A DNA stretch of 63,898 nt, the filler included. It is 14 parts of 14 records of this genome, joined end to end, with 100 filler letters (N's around TTAATTAATTAA, not from the genome) between each part and the next. Parts side by side here need not be neighbours in the genome. Positions count along the whole stretch, not along the records: positions 5,681 to 13,064 come from SRR7504441_24232; positions 13,165 to 17,391 come from SRR7504441_24233; positions 17,492 to 22,169 come from SRR7504441_24240; positions 22,270 to 28,216 come from SRR7504441_24309; 10 more parts are not named here. One strand, 5' to 3'. The notes below the pieces were generated by a model, which saw nothing but the letters and a program-made list of their open reading frames with translations, was not told the DNA's origin and did no database searches. Below, piece by piece: positions 12,215 to 23,728 of the stretch (the stretch's first letter is position 1; each line of letters starts with the position of its first letter). Made by a program: the position numbers and the translations under genes.

Positions 12215-12292
12215 CACCACCCCACCTCACCGGGACAAGGCCCGAGCTCTGAAAAGCAAAGCCGTTGGAAGTCGTCCGCGGTCTTCTCAGAG

Positions 12293-12766
12293 ATGGCTGT
12301 CCGGCCGCTCTCGGCGGCACCGCTGTACCGGCAGATCCTGCAGCTGGCCCGGCAGATCGACAGCGCCGACCCGACCACCCGAGTGCACACCTCCCGACTG
12401 GCCAGTTTCCGCCGGGCCGAGTCGCTCGGCCAGCAGATTCACCAGCAGGCGCACGCCAGGTGCCCCCCACCCTGGGACTGGAGGCCCAGCCGGCCCTCCA
12501 GGTTCCGAGAGCCCGGCGGCGACCTGGAGCAGCGCCTACAGCAGGCCGACGCCGAGCGGCGGGCGCTCCAGAAGATAGTGGATGGGAAAGCCAGCGCCAA
12601 GGTGCCGGGCTGGGGAGGCAGTGGGCGAGGCCGGGCCAGTGGCCGCTGCCGGAGCAAGTTGTGGAGCTCAAGCAGCCGAGCGCGTGGAAGGTGCGCTGTG
12701 GATGCCCCGGTGCAGGCGCTAAAGCTGCTGGGCCAGGTGTTCCTCAAGTTTATGAACGTAATATGA
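12293..12766 (+). CDS. LYR-motif (Complex I LYR family) small protein, spliced
   Basis: LYRQILQLARQI...R|FRE pattern after removing a short intron; exact 3' end uncertain. Confidence 0.6.
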   Translation: MAVRPLSAAPLYRQILQLARQIDSADPTTRVHTSRLASFRRAESLGQQIHQQAHARCPPPWDWRPSRPSRFREPGGDLEQRLQQADAERRALQKIVDGKASAKVPGWGGSGRGRASGRCRSKLWSSSSRARGRCAVDAPVQALKLLGQVFLKFMNVI

Positions 12767-13403
12767 GTGAAAGCCCGAATCTCGAGCTATACGAGTACCG
12801 TACTTAATACTGTATTGTATGAACAACAAAACCACTAGACAATCATTTCTCAATTGTTCTCATGTTTATCCATGCTACTCTATGTTACTGACCGTGAGCT
12901 CTAAGATTGTGTTCATGTGGATATTCGGTTTCACACTCGACGTGCGTGCCTGCTCAAGCTTGAGCCTTGCAAGGTTCACAGCAATCAAGGCCATTGCAAT
13001 CGAACCCATTGGCGTTGAAAATGGAGTCCACTTGGTCGTGCACCTTCTGCCGGAGAGTCTCGCCNNNNNNNNNNNNNNNNNNNNNNNNNNNNNNNNNNNN
13101 NNNNNNNNTTAATTAATTAANNNNNNNNNNNNNNNNNNNNNNNNNNNNNNNNNNNNNNNNNNNNCCGTCAACCGTGTCGGGTACAATCATGTACATGTAT
13201 ACGTATGAGTCCATCGGTATGGATATGCATGTATTCTATCGACATTCATAAAGTTTGAGCTCGAGTCATAATAATTTCGCTCGAGCTGAGCCTCAAGCGC
13301 CGAGGCTTGCAATTCCACCACGTCAACCAGCACCCTTCAAATTTGAGGTGCTCGCGTCATCCTGGTTTCCTCGCAAAGCTTCAGCTCCCGAAACGAGTGT
13401 TAC

Positions 13404-14645
13404 TTAGAGCTTGGCAAAAGGAACGGCCTTGGCAAACTGCTCAATCTCCTGCTCAATCTCAGCCTGGTGGTACAGCCCCTCCACGAGCGACTTCGGGAGC
13501 CGCTCAAAGCCGCACGCCGCCCCCATCAAGGCACCGATCAGTGCGCCTGTCGCCACTGCAGCACCATGGTAAGCACTCAGCTGTAGCGCTCTCTCACCGT
13601 TCTCTCCGCCACGGTTAGCGTTCGCGAGCACTGCCGCCTCGAAACCGCCGTCGTTCGCCTGGTTGTCTGCGTACTTGTGAACCTGTAAGCACGCTCGGTA
13701 CACCGCCCCACCGCCCAGGGACCATGTACAGTGCAGCAGGGAACGACGACGGCAAATATCAGGCAGTTACGGGATCCGAGTGCATCGTGCGAGTCACGTC
13801 AGAGCCCACAGCCCTGCCGGCCGCCGCCACCGCCTCGCGCACCGGCGTGCCCCTGGCAACTTCCCGCAGCGCATTGGCAAAGACGGCCGCGTGTTGCTGG
13901 GAGCTCGGGGAGTCTCGAGTGAGCGCCACACTAGACTTGACATTCTGGGTAGCGTCCTCGTCGGCTTGGGCGGTGAGGGCAACTGGGACAGTGCACACGA
14001 TGCTGTCGGCGGTGTCCACGTTGTGCTGGTCGTTGTCTGGACACTGCAAGAGTTCACAGCCGTTGCAGGGCACATCTCGCCTGGTCTGGAGGCAACCCCG
14101 CCGCGTGCTTGGCGAAGAACATCCGGTGGCAGGTCCCGCAGTATCTGACAGCACCGGCTCAGACCAGGCCACCGCCGCCCGGCGCACGTGTCGTTATGGG
14201 TGCCGGGGGTGGTCATGAACGAAATGTAGTCCTCCACAATCGCCTCGGGCTCGAACTGTCCGTTCCGGGCGGTCACGTTCATCACCCGGCGAGCCAGCAG
14301 AGCCTCGAGGGTGTTCTCTCCGGGTTGCATCCCCTGGTGGTAGTGGTAGTCGGCTCCGGGCTTCCAAAAGTCCTTCTTGCCGTGGAAGATCACAGAACCA
14401 ATCACCTCGCCGCTGAAACCTCCCCGGCCAGCTCCGCCGGTGTTGCTCTTGCTCATGATACTGCCCGGCAGGTGTGTGATCGGCGCGCGGTATCCGGTCA
14501 GCCGGCCCTGGTACGCGGCCGCCACTTGGCGTTCACCGCCGTAGAACCAGTGCGTGGGCATCGCCAGCGCGTCCCCGATCAGTAGGCCCACCAAAGCACC
14601 CTTCACGCGGTCGGCCACCGCCACTGCGGCGTCGCACGCCGGCAT
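13404..14645 (-). CDS. ADP-ribosylglycohydrolase (ARH/DraG family), spliced
   Basis: DRVKGALVGLLIGDALAMPTHWFY, GENTLE, THNDTY (across an intron), AVLANANRGGEN, GALIGALMGAACG. An alternative upstream ATG lies at 14774. Confidence 0.88.
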
Positions 14646-14772
14646 GTCTGGCTGGCGCGGCGTGCCCAGCAGAGACGTGTCGGCCTCGCGGCGCTGAGCC
14701 GGAGTCTTCGCCGAGTCTTCTGCGTCTTTGTCGGGGCTTTTCCGTTGTTGCGGCCTGTGTGGTGCAACCGCC

Positions 14773-16440
14773 ATGGCAACGGAGATAGAGCTGCAAGCGG
14801 CCGAACCGCCCCGTGAAGGCACAGCCCGGTGGCTGGTGCCAGCCGACGGCCTGGGGCAGACCGCGAGCGGACCACCAAGGGGTGGTTTGAGCAAACGGAT
14901 GCGGAGGTGGACGGCGAGCAGGCCCGGCGCGCGGCACCGGCTGGGGCCGACCGGGCGGGCAGGTCACTTTCTTCGCGGACAATCTGCTCTGCCGGATCCG
15001 TTGGATGGACGGGCTGCCCGACGACTGTCTCAACCAGCCGGGCTTGCTCAAGGGCTGCGCGGGGGGGGAGCGATCGCACTGCGTCTCGTTCTCAGAGTGC
15101 GGTAAGCTGGTGGTAAAACAGGTCAGCTGCAGCTGCGGCCGGGCGCAGCGTGCGGGGGGCAGCTGAAAGACGACCGGGCCGAAACCCTGGAGCGGCTTGC
15201 TCAGATGTACGTGTACTATATGACCAACGACAGCGCACTAGGCACCACCTCACTCATGCCCCGGTGAGCACACCCGCCGCTGCCCGGCTAGCCCCGGCAG
15301 GATCTACGCGTACTTCCGGGTCAACTCGGGGCCGACAGCTGGCCGCCGGTTTGTCGTGACCAACAATCTGCTGCCAAACCCGCAGGTAATGGCCTGAGCG
15401 TTGAGCGGTGCGAGCGGTCGCAGGGGTTAGGCGACAGGTCTGTGGAGTTGCCAGACATGGAGTACGCGCCGTGGGATGACGAAGTCGGGGGACCGGGCGA
15501 CCCGATTCGGACCTCCGGCTGGGACATGGTACTCGACCTCAAAGGGTGCACTGCTGATATGGTCGGTGCGGGCGAGGGCAGTGCTGACTCTGGGGCCAGG
15601 CGTGCGAACTGTGCGGGTTTGAAGTACAAGAGGTGCATCAGAACTGCTGCAAGTGCTGGATGGTCCGCAAGTGCTTCTTCTGCCCGACAAGGGAGTGGCA
15701 AATATACAGAGCCGGCAAGGACTTGGCCGCGAATTCCCAATGGCACTTTGGATCAGAAGATGCACTTCGGCTTAGAAACATGATAAAGAAGGACGCACGC
15801 TGGCTGTCGGATCGTCGGTTGATGGATCATTCGCTGGTGCCAGGCTAGGTGGGCCATGCACTGACCGGATCGGCAGCTGGTCGGGGTGTTGAGTCATCCT
15901 ATAGAAGCGCTAGATCAGGTGCACTCTCCACGGGATTTGTTCCCCAACAGCAGCATGCCCAAGCAGCCTATCATAAGCGTGTTCAATGACCGGGTCTACG
16001 CCTACTACATGGGCATAAAGGGGATCCTCCAGTCGTGGCATTGCACCATGGAGTTTAAATCTTGCATCAAGTGCTGCTTTGCACGATACCCTTACAATTT
16101 GGTGGAGCCAGCCACCTACGAGTTTCAGTTTGCAGGGCTGTGCAAGAAAATACAGAGCGATGGGATACCTGCCCTGGGGATGGCCACGTCCTCAACGAAC
16201 GCCTTCGCGCTCGGACCTGGGTTAAGCTCTGAACAATCAGTCAGGTTTGCGGAGGCGCCGAGCCCCCCGAGCCCAAGAGGACGAACGAGAAGACGCTCAA
16301 AGTCGCTAGACGAAAGCGGTTGGTTAGAGCGAGAAAACGGTGGCCAGCAAACGCTTGGCGATGGGGGGCAGTCGAGATATTCGGATGATCGCGCTGTTTC
16401 AATGAGAAGCTCTTCATCAAGGTGTTGTGCATCTTGGTAA
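14773..16440 (+). CDS. Phosphatidylinositol-phosphate kinase (PIP5K)-fold protein, probably catalytically impaired; about 7 introns
   Basis: After splicing: SFSECGKLVVKQ, SLMPRIYAYFRV, RFVVTNNLL, LDLKGC, DARWLSDRRLMDHSLLVGV, YYMGIKGILQ and VEPATY, in PIP5K motif order. Confidence 0.78.
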
Positions 16441-16629
16441 TAATTACTAACTTACATGTACAATCATGTATGTAGAGCTCGAGTACCAAATGTTTAGGAT
16501 TTATTGTACCAAATGTTTGAACTTATTGCAGCCAAGTCGAAAAGCACGAGGTGATTACGTATACGCACGTATCAAAAAGTATCACGCCGGTTTAACGTAA
16601 CGGGACAATAAGAGTATCCGTACACATAA

Positions 16630-17237
16630 GAGCTCTAAGTAATCAGTTCATTAGGGATCAGGTGGCTGGCTTCTGCAACTCTAACGTTTTCTCTCTTTGC
16701 GCTGCTTTCATTTGCTCAAACATTTCATTTTGTTGCTTCCGTTTTGCTTCCTTCCGCTCCAATGCCAGTTTTTTCTCTTCAACCAAACGGGCTGCCTCTC
16801 AAATTAGTTCGCTTGATTTCGATATGCTCTTCAGGGGGCAAATATTTGAGCTTGCGCTCAGCCTGTGCTACCAGTTCATTTGCTTCTTGCAGTTCCGCAT
16901 CACCATAGGTGAACAAGAGATCGCGTAACACTGAAGATCGGGTTGTGCCACTGCCGCTTGAGGTTACAGTTCTTCCCAGCATTGTGTGGCAGTATGCAAT
17001 GAAACAACATCCGACAACACGCCGCTGGGACCTACGCCTCCGTATACCATGCTGCAGCCCCGCACGTTACGGCCTTTCCAGCACTGCACAACGTACATTT
17101 GATCGCCGTACAGAGCAGCGCTGTGCCGCCAGCGTGGCTCGGGGGCGATTCCTCCACAGCGGCCGAGGCCGGTGTGCCTGGTCCGTGAACACCAGGCCCG
17201 CCTCATACCACCGCCCCCGCGGAGCCCCGTCAGTCAT
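16630..17237 (-). CDS. Kelch-repeat fragment followed by coiled coil; frame continuity unresolved (possible pseudogene)
   Basis: APEPRWRHSAALYGDQMYV|YGGVG....LSDV....TATQCWEEL is one Kelch blade. The downstream coiled-coil text lies in other frames that I could not join with canonical introns. Confidence 0.45.
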
Positions 17238-17491
17238 CACGCCGCTCACCCGACCGGGGTGCCCACTCAGCCCAGCCAATTTCGTATTCCAACAACGGAA
17301 GAGCACGCGTAAAGAGCTGGCCCGGTTGTGCCGTAATCGAGACAGCAATTGACAGCAATCAGGGGCCGAGAAACGCCGGTCCTCGCTCGTGNNNNNNNNN
17401 NNNNNNNNNNNNNNNNNNNNNNNNNNNNNNNNNNNTTAATTAATTAANNNNNNNNNNNNNNNNNNNNNNNNNNNNNNNNNNNNNNNNNNNN

Positions 17492-17974
17492 GAAGCTGAC
17501 CCAAGCCAAAGCTCAGGTGGCGCCAGTTCAGCGCCGCCGATCACGGCCTCGCAGGTCCGGGAGGCGGGCGAGCGCGCCGACAGGGCCAATGACGCGCTCG
17601 ATCTGACCGTCAACCGGGAGAATCGGGCTAAGCGCCGGTACAAGCATGCGCAGAAGCAGACAGCAAAGAAGAAAGAGGTTTGGGCCACCGGCCGGTCTAG
17701 CACGCGAGTGGCCGGGCAGATTGTGCTTGGGAATCTCAAGGAGGCCGACGAAGTGGTCAAGCAGGCGCTGGAGCTGGCTTCGCAAGATCATATCAAGGCC
17801 GCCAAGGCCGCCCGGGAGCTCAGGGAGAGGGAGAGCAGGGACGAGAAGCGGTGCGGCAAACGAATCAAGTCATGGATCCAGTCCGCAATGCGGTGGAAGG
17901 CCCGGGTGAAGGAGTTGGGTAGGCAAAACAAAATGCTCAAACTGAAGCTAGCTGGCGTCCCGTTGAAGACATAA
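17492..17974 (+). CDS. 3' fragment of a basic coiled-coil protein
   Basis: Open frame from the contig edge to TAA 17972-17974, rich in K/R/E/A. Confidence 0.45.
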   Translation, partial: EADPSQSSGGASSAPPITASQVREAGERADRANDALDLTVNRENRAKRRYKHAQKQTAKKKEVWATGRSSTRVAGQIVLGNLKEADEVVKQALELASQDHIKAAKAARELRERESRDEKRCGKRIKSWIQSAMRWKARVKELGRQNKMLKLKLAGVPLKT

Positions 17975-18361
17975 TACTCCGATACATAATTATCAAATTA
18001 ATTGACCGGCTGGGGTTGTTGTCGAAAATCGACTTTAGGCTCTAACGCTCCGGCTCCCTCACCGCCTACAAGCCCTACACATGGCCCTACATGCATTACA
18101 TGCATGCATGCATGAATTGTGGCGTTGTGGCAGCCCTTGAGCCGCCCAAAGCCGGGAGTTCTCGGCCCGCCAGTCGGTGCTGCTCGGGATCAATAATTAT
18201 TGCAATGAGACGAGGAGCACTGGTCAACACCGGATTTCGCATGCCGGGTTTGGGCGTAAGATTTCCTCGCGACTAGGGCAGCTCCGAGGGTGCAGTCTGC
18301 GCTGGCAAATCAAGTCCACACCCTATGAGAGAGAAGCGCAGTCCGAATCGAAGAGGATCGG

Positions 18362-19673
18362 ATGTCAACCGGAGTGAGTATCGCCGGCTGGCTGCACAAG
18401 AAGAAGGACCAAAAGTCGATGCTAGCCGGTGCGCTGCCCTCTCTCGCGCTGCGCCAGCCGGGCGCCCAGGGGCCTACACCCGCCGCTGGTTCGTGCTCCG
18501 CGCCCGTCAGTTGCTTTACTTCGACGAGCCCTCAGCCTCCGCTCCCAAGGCCCGCCGCCCGCCGCCCCAGCGCTCATCCGGCGCAGGGCCAGATCGAGAT
18601 CACCGGCTGCACGGCAGTCGAGCCAGCCCCAGGGGCCTCGGGCAGCTTCCTGCTGCACGCAGCCGACCGCATGTACAAGTTCCGGGCCGAGCCGCCGGAC
18701 CGGGCCCCCGCTTGGATCGAGGTGCCGCCCCCGCCCGGGCGAGGTGCCATCTCTGGACAGGCGCTAGGCAAGGCCCTCCGCGGGACCGCCGACGTGAGCA
18801 CCTCGCCGCTGCCGCCGGCCCGGCTTGCGGACGGGGGGTGGCTCTCGACAGCGGAGGAAGGGGAAATACTCCAGCGGATGCATTTCACTGGCTCCGAACT
18901 GGCGCGGCTGGAGGGCAAGGCGGCTGGCCGGTCGGGTGGGCAGTGACTCCGGGGGCAGTATCGGGAGATGTGCGGGCGGGGCAAGCTGGACAGGGAGGCG
19001 TTCTATGCTCAATTCCGGTGCGGCCTCTGGCGAGCCCTGGCGGACTGGTGGCTAGCTGCGCGCTGGCGAGTCCGAGCCTGGCGCTGGACCGGCTGTTCAA
19101 GAGGCTGGACAGCGACGCGGACGGTGTGGTCTCGGTGGACGAGGCCGATCCGGGTCGCAGGCGTGATCTCGCCAAAAGAGTACCTGGATGCGATGCAGCT
19201 GCTCAGCTACGGCACGATGCAGCAGAAATCAGAATTCGCGTTCGGGGTGTACGATGGAACGGGCAGCGGCAGTGTCACTCGGTCTGGGATGAAGCAGGCA
19301 CAGCGGCGGCCACGCGCCGCTGAAGGCTGCAGGTGACGTTGTCTGTCTTGGAAGTGATAAGAGCGTCGTACCAAGCTGACACAGCCGCGCTGGTGATCGA
19401 CGCCAGCTCGGTCGGGCAGAACGGCCGCGCTATATTTAGCCGGCGGCAGGAGGGGGTAGACGAGCTGGTTGAGTCAATGGTGGCTGCTGCGTTTGAGCCC
19501 GATGGCTGCCCAGGTAGCCGGGGGCTGGAAGGCGGCCAGTGACAGCTGGGGCAGCGCGGGAGCAGCTGGGCGTGGAAGGGTTCTGCAGCTTGTGCAAGGA
19601 CCACTTTGCAGTGCTCGACGATTTCATTAGGGAGCACGCCAAAGCCGGGCTAGGCGAAGCGCAAGATAACTAA
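18362..19673 (+). CDS. PH domain plus calcineurin-B/NCS-like EF-hand protein; about 8 introns
   Basis: AGWLHKK..RRWFVL..LLYF..KGQIEI..YKFRAE..AWIEAL (PH), then HFTGSEL, DRLFKRLDSDADGVISPKEY and KSEFAFGVYDGTGSGSVT (EF hands). Confidence 0.8.
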
Positions 19674-19819
19674 GTCTTGTAGGCGAAAACCACGGCAACT
19701 TTAATTAATACAATCCATATTGTATATTTATTTGGATTTACATGAATTGTTGAAACTCTTCTTGATTGTACTGTACATTATTATTAAAATAGTCTAAGAC
19801 GGGTTAGATAATGAGCTGA

Positions 19820-20842
19820 TTAAGCCGAATGCGGCGCTGCCTCTGGTCGCGCCACCGTTGTGGCACCAGGAGCTTTGATGCCATCAGCTTGGCCTATCTT
19901 GAGCTGTGCCTTGGCTCGCTTCAGGTAGCCCGGCGTGAGCCCCATCTCGCAGTAATGGTCCATAGTGCCGCAAAGCCAATCCAGCCAGGCCGCCCCGAAG
20001 TTGCCTTGGTTTCCGGTGTGGTGGTAGTCGTGCCAGGCCGCTGCGTCGGCGTTTGTCAGCCCAATCCGATGCAACCACGATCCATAAAAACAATAGCCCG
20101 AGTGGGCCTCATAAGTGGCCTGCAGCCTGTGCACGAGCCACAGGCAGACCACCAGCGGGTGCCGTCCGAATAGCAGTACGCCGCCCATTGTCGGGAAGAG
20201 GTTTGACACTAAACTCTCGACGGGGTGTGCATACTCGGCCGCCCAACTGACAGTGCCTGTGTATGTGTGATGCTTTTTATGGATCGGAGTGTACAGCCAG
20301 CGCATGTGCACCAACCGGTGAGTCCAGTAAAAGAAAAAGTCGTTGAACAGATGCGCCAAAGCATACTGCCACCACAGCTCGGCGAGTGGTGGCAGCGCGC
20401 CCCCAGCCGGCGGCACTCCAAGCATCGGGTAGATCAGCCAAACGCCCATCGGGGTGATTGCCAGCTGCCCCACCACGGCTTCGCCCCAGGTCCGGCAGAG
20501 CAGCCCCCAGCTCGGCCGTTGAATTGGCTTGCGCTCGATCGCGTACCGGCCGAACCAGCCGAGCCGGTCGCAGCCGACCTCGAAGAACAGGTTGCAAGCC
20601 AGGTAAGCGACAGAGTGGGCGGTAGCTGCCAGCACCGTGAACTGAAGCCGCTCGCTCCATTCACGACGCTCCATCGACGCCACCAGCGCCAAGTACGCAG
20701 GGGCCAGCGCTAGAGTGGCCAGCGCGGTGATCAGACAGCCTTTGAGCGGCTTCAGAAAGGACTTGATCGCAAAGCTGACCGGTGGGTACTCGGGCCGGGG
20801 CGACCGCGTGGGCCAGAAGCCCGAGGTGACCGAGCCGGGCAT
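19820..20842 (-). CDS. Fatty-acid hydroxylase superfamily, sterol C4-methyl oxidase (ERG25/SMO)-like
   Basis: His boxes HRLVH, HKKHH and HDYHH plus AAEYAHPVE, EAHSGY and LDWLCGT; intronless. Confidence 0.88.
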   Translation of the reverse strand: MPGSVTSGFWPTRSPRPEYPPVSFAIKSFLKPLKGCLITALATLALAPAYLALVASMERREWSERLQFTVLAATAHSVAYLACNLFFEVGCDRLGWFGRYAIERKPIQRPSWGLLCRTWGEAVVGQLAITPMGVWLIYPMLGVPPAGGALPPLAELWWQYALAHLFNDFFFYWTHRLVHMRWLYTPIHKKHHTYTGTVSWAAEYAHPVESLVSNLFPTMGGVLLFGRHPLVVCLWLVHRLQATYEAHSGYCFYGSWLHRIGLTNADAAAWHDYHHTGNQGNFGAAWLDWLCGTMDHYCEMGLTPGYLKRAKAQLKIGQADGIKAPGATTVARPEAAPHSA

Positions 20843-20940
20843 GTCGCAGAGACAAGGTCGCCCGCAGCGGCGTCTCCTCGTTTATGTGCGAGGCACCGGA
20901 CACTCAACGTGAGCACATCGTGATCAACAAAATGGAAGGC

Positions 20941-20972
20941 GCTCGAGAGGAGCTCGAGAGGAGCTCGAGAGG
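20941..20972. repeat. 11-nt tandem repeat (GCTCGAGAGGA) x about 3
   Basis: Directly visible. Confidence 0.8.
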
Positions 20973-21099
20973 CGCAGTTGGTAGCGGCAGAGAGGCCCTG
21001 GTGCGGCTGACATATACCAAGGCCTGAACGGCTCAACACAACAATCCGCGGCGGCCATCATGTTTATATTAATTTGGCACTACCGTACTGAGTTTGACT

Positions 21100-22169
21100 C
21101 TAGTAAATAGAGCCGTCGGGCAGAGTGGAGTGGAGGACCCCAAGCCGCGCAGAGAGCGAGTAATTCGTTCCCCACGGGCCTCGGCTACCTTGCCACGTCG
21201 CAAAGCTCCAAGTAGGCTGGCCGTCGCCTACCTGTACTACAGGGTTTGAGCTAGTACTACCGTTCCAACGCCACACACTGACTCCCGGCGCCTCCCAAGT
21301 GAGTGGTTCCCCTTCCCTGCAGACAGAGGGCCGCGAGCCGCGGCTGGATATAAAGTACACTGGCCCGTCGCCGAGGATGGCTGCTGCACCACTCACATGC
21401 TCAACCAGAACAGAGCTGTGCTCGCTGATACCGACCCCAAGCACTGCTCTGTGGTGGCTGCCAGAAGCCCAACCTTGCGCTGCGATGCGGGCCACAAAGG
21501 CGACCAACCGCCCCATACGGTCGCGCTGCAAGAAGTGCGTGTCTGTGATGACACTGCGCATCCAAGGGGTGTCCACGTCGAGGAAGTGCCTAGATAGGCT
21601 TACCTCCGAGTCTGTGGGGTACTTGAGTGCCTCGGGGGAGTCTACACTGCCGTGCAGCGCATCGAACGCGAACTGCCCTTGGACCGCCAGCCCTGCTGAG
21701 GAGCCACCGACGACGACGCCACTGGAGAGCGCAGCAGCCACGGGGGAGTCGGCCCACCAGCGCACGTACCTAGCTTGGTCACCTCCAGTGACGAAGAGCC
21801 CCGAGGCGCCACTCAGCAAACGCTGCAGCCGCGTGCTGTTGACGCCACAGCGTGCAGTGAAGCGCGCAGTGGTGACGCTGTTGGGCCTGAGGTCGCCCCA
21901 GGAGCTGTTGTAGAGGAAAGCGTTGTAAATGTCCCAGGGGGCCTCGTCTGCGGTCAGCACAAGCACGTCCCCGCCTGGCCCGGCGCGCTGGAGAAACCAG
22001 CGATAGGCCTGCAGGTCGGTGTGTGTGGCGACTCCAGGGTACATGTGGCCGCCCATCATGGCGTTGCCGCCCAGGCTGCGTGGGGGCTTGGGGGCGTCGC
22101 AGCTTCCAACACAAGCGAACTGTACCCCTTCGTCGCGGCTGGCAGCGGCGAGCATAGCCGCGGGGGCGG
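21100..22169 (-). CDS. Cyanophycinase-like serine peptidase (peptidase S51); 5' end at contig edge
   Basis: MMGG, LFVTGGDQARY, nucleophile GGSSAGLAV, ITDTHFLQRDRMGRL and GVGISE; intronless. Confidence 0.87.
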
Positions 22170-22269
22170 NNNNNNNNNNNNNNNNNNNNNNNNNNNNNNN
22201 NNNNNNNNNNNNNTTAATTAATTAANNNNNNNNNNNNNNNNNNNNNNNNNNNNNNNNNNNNNNNNNNNN

Positions 22270-23407
22270 CAGGCTGCTGGCTGGACCGGTCCGGGCGGTG
22301 TGCGCTAGTCTGGCCTGCCCGCTCGAGCAGATGGAGGGAGAGTCGCTCTGCCGCTGCCTGGCTGAGTGCGAAGGCGGAGTCAAAGCGCTCTTCCAGTGCA
22401 CCTTGCTCGGGCCTACTCGGCTGTCGGCGCAGGAGCCCTGGATCAGAGTCACTTGTGAGCTCGGCGAGCTGGTAGTCCACGCAAAGTTTGATGGTGGCCT
22501 CACCGTCTTCTCGCCTGACTCCCCGCAGGGAGCCCCAGTGCCAGTGGACTCGCCGGCCGGGTTCAACGGATCGTTTACGCCCATGTGGGCCAAGATCGCC
22601 CAGTGTGTGGCTGGGGGCGCCGCAGGCAAGGCCGAGGCGATGAGGCTTGCCGAGCAAGCAGCCGAGGATGTGCAGCTGGTCCATGCGATATATGCATCGG
22701 CGAGCGAGCGGCGCTGGGTATCGGTGCCGGCACCGGATGATCCGGAGCTGCCGGCTCAGCTCGAGTTCATCGCCCAGTCGCACGGGCTTGAAACTGTGCA
22801 CGGGGGGCGGGGCACAGGCAGGCTGCTGGACCACCTCACCGGGACGCGCGCAGTGCTGCGAGACAAGTTCGGATGCCCCGAGCCACACCTGGCCAGCGCG
22901 GCGCTCTTCCATAGCATTTATGGCACTGAAGGCTTCCAGGGGGTCACACTCCCAATGGGCGAGAGGGCGCAGCTGCAGCAGCTGATCGGGCCACGTGCCG
23001 AGCGGCTGGCCTACCTGAATTGCGTGATGGACCGCAGCTCTCTGGACCAGGCCGTGCTCAGATATCGGCAGCACAGCCAGCCGCTGGTTGTATCCAGCCG
23101 GCCGGAGCTGGGCGCCGAGCAGTTTGAGCTCTCTCGGGGCGAGCTGCGCGAGCTGATGATTGTGCATCTGGCCGACTGGCATGAGCAAGTAGAGGCGTAC
23201 AGCTTCTGGAGCTACCGGCGGCAGCAGTACGCCGGGATCGCTGCGGCGTTGGGCGGGCGGTTTGCCGAGCTGTACGCCGAGAGGATGGCGAGCGAGCCGG
23301 AGGAGGCGCCGGCCGAGGTGCCGGAGATGGTGCGGGCGCGGCAGCAGGGTATCTTTGAGAAGGTGCAGAGCGGGGAGGTTGCATACTCCGAGCTGCTCAA
23401 ATCTTGA
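22270..23407 (+). CDS. Partial gene: Gfo/Idh/MocA-type C-terminal segment fused to DUF6817 (HD-like)
   Basis: AEDVQLVHAIYASASERRWVSV resembles the end of Gfo/Idh/MocA oxidoreductases. It is followed by LLDHLTGT...ALFHSIYGTEGF...R..L..LIG.RAERLAYL.C.MDR...LADWHEQ (DUF6817-like). Confidence 0.65.
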
Positions 23408-23728
23408 GCTCTGGAGCGATTACACTCTCGACACTCTAATATTGTCGTATTGTGTTCATTGTACAATCGTACAATGTAATTAACGTACCGTATAAAGAGT
23501 CTCTTCGAGCTTGACTGCTTGAATGGCAGGGCACGTATACGACTCGCAGACCTAGCTCTGTATGGTTTAGTAAATAGTAATGTACCAACTGGTCCCCTAC
23601 GTCCCCTAACCGACTCCGCGCAGTGTGCTTTTTCATGAAGCTTCCGTCTGTCCGTTGTTGTTCGATCAAAAAGAAAGTCGAGAAAGCCTCGGGCCGGAGG
23701 CGACACGCGCGGCGGGTGTGTCGAGGGG

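Noticed and set aside
14772-14775. Divergent ARH and PIP5K start codons overlapping in one CATG
   Set aside because: ARH more plausibly starts at 14645, next to its conserved domain, leaving a 127-nt spacer that contains the CCGTTG promoter motif.
16482-16530. Short tandem repeats (GTACCAAATGTTT x2; also TTGA at 19-33, a 15-mer x2 at 6094, CTATA in DnaJ intron 5)
   Set aside because: Two to four copies without unique spacers; slippage repeats, not CRISPR or telomere.
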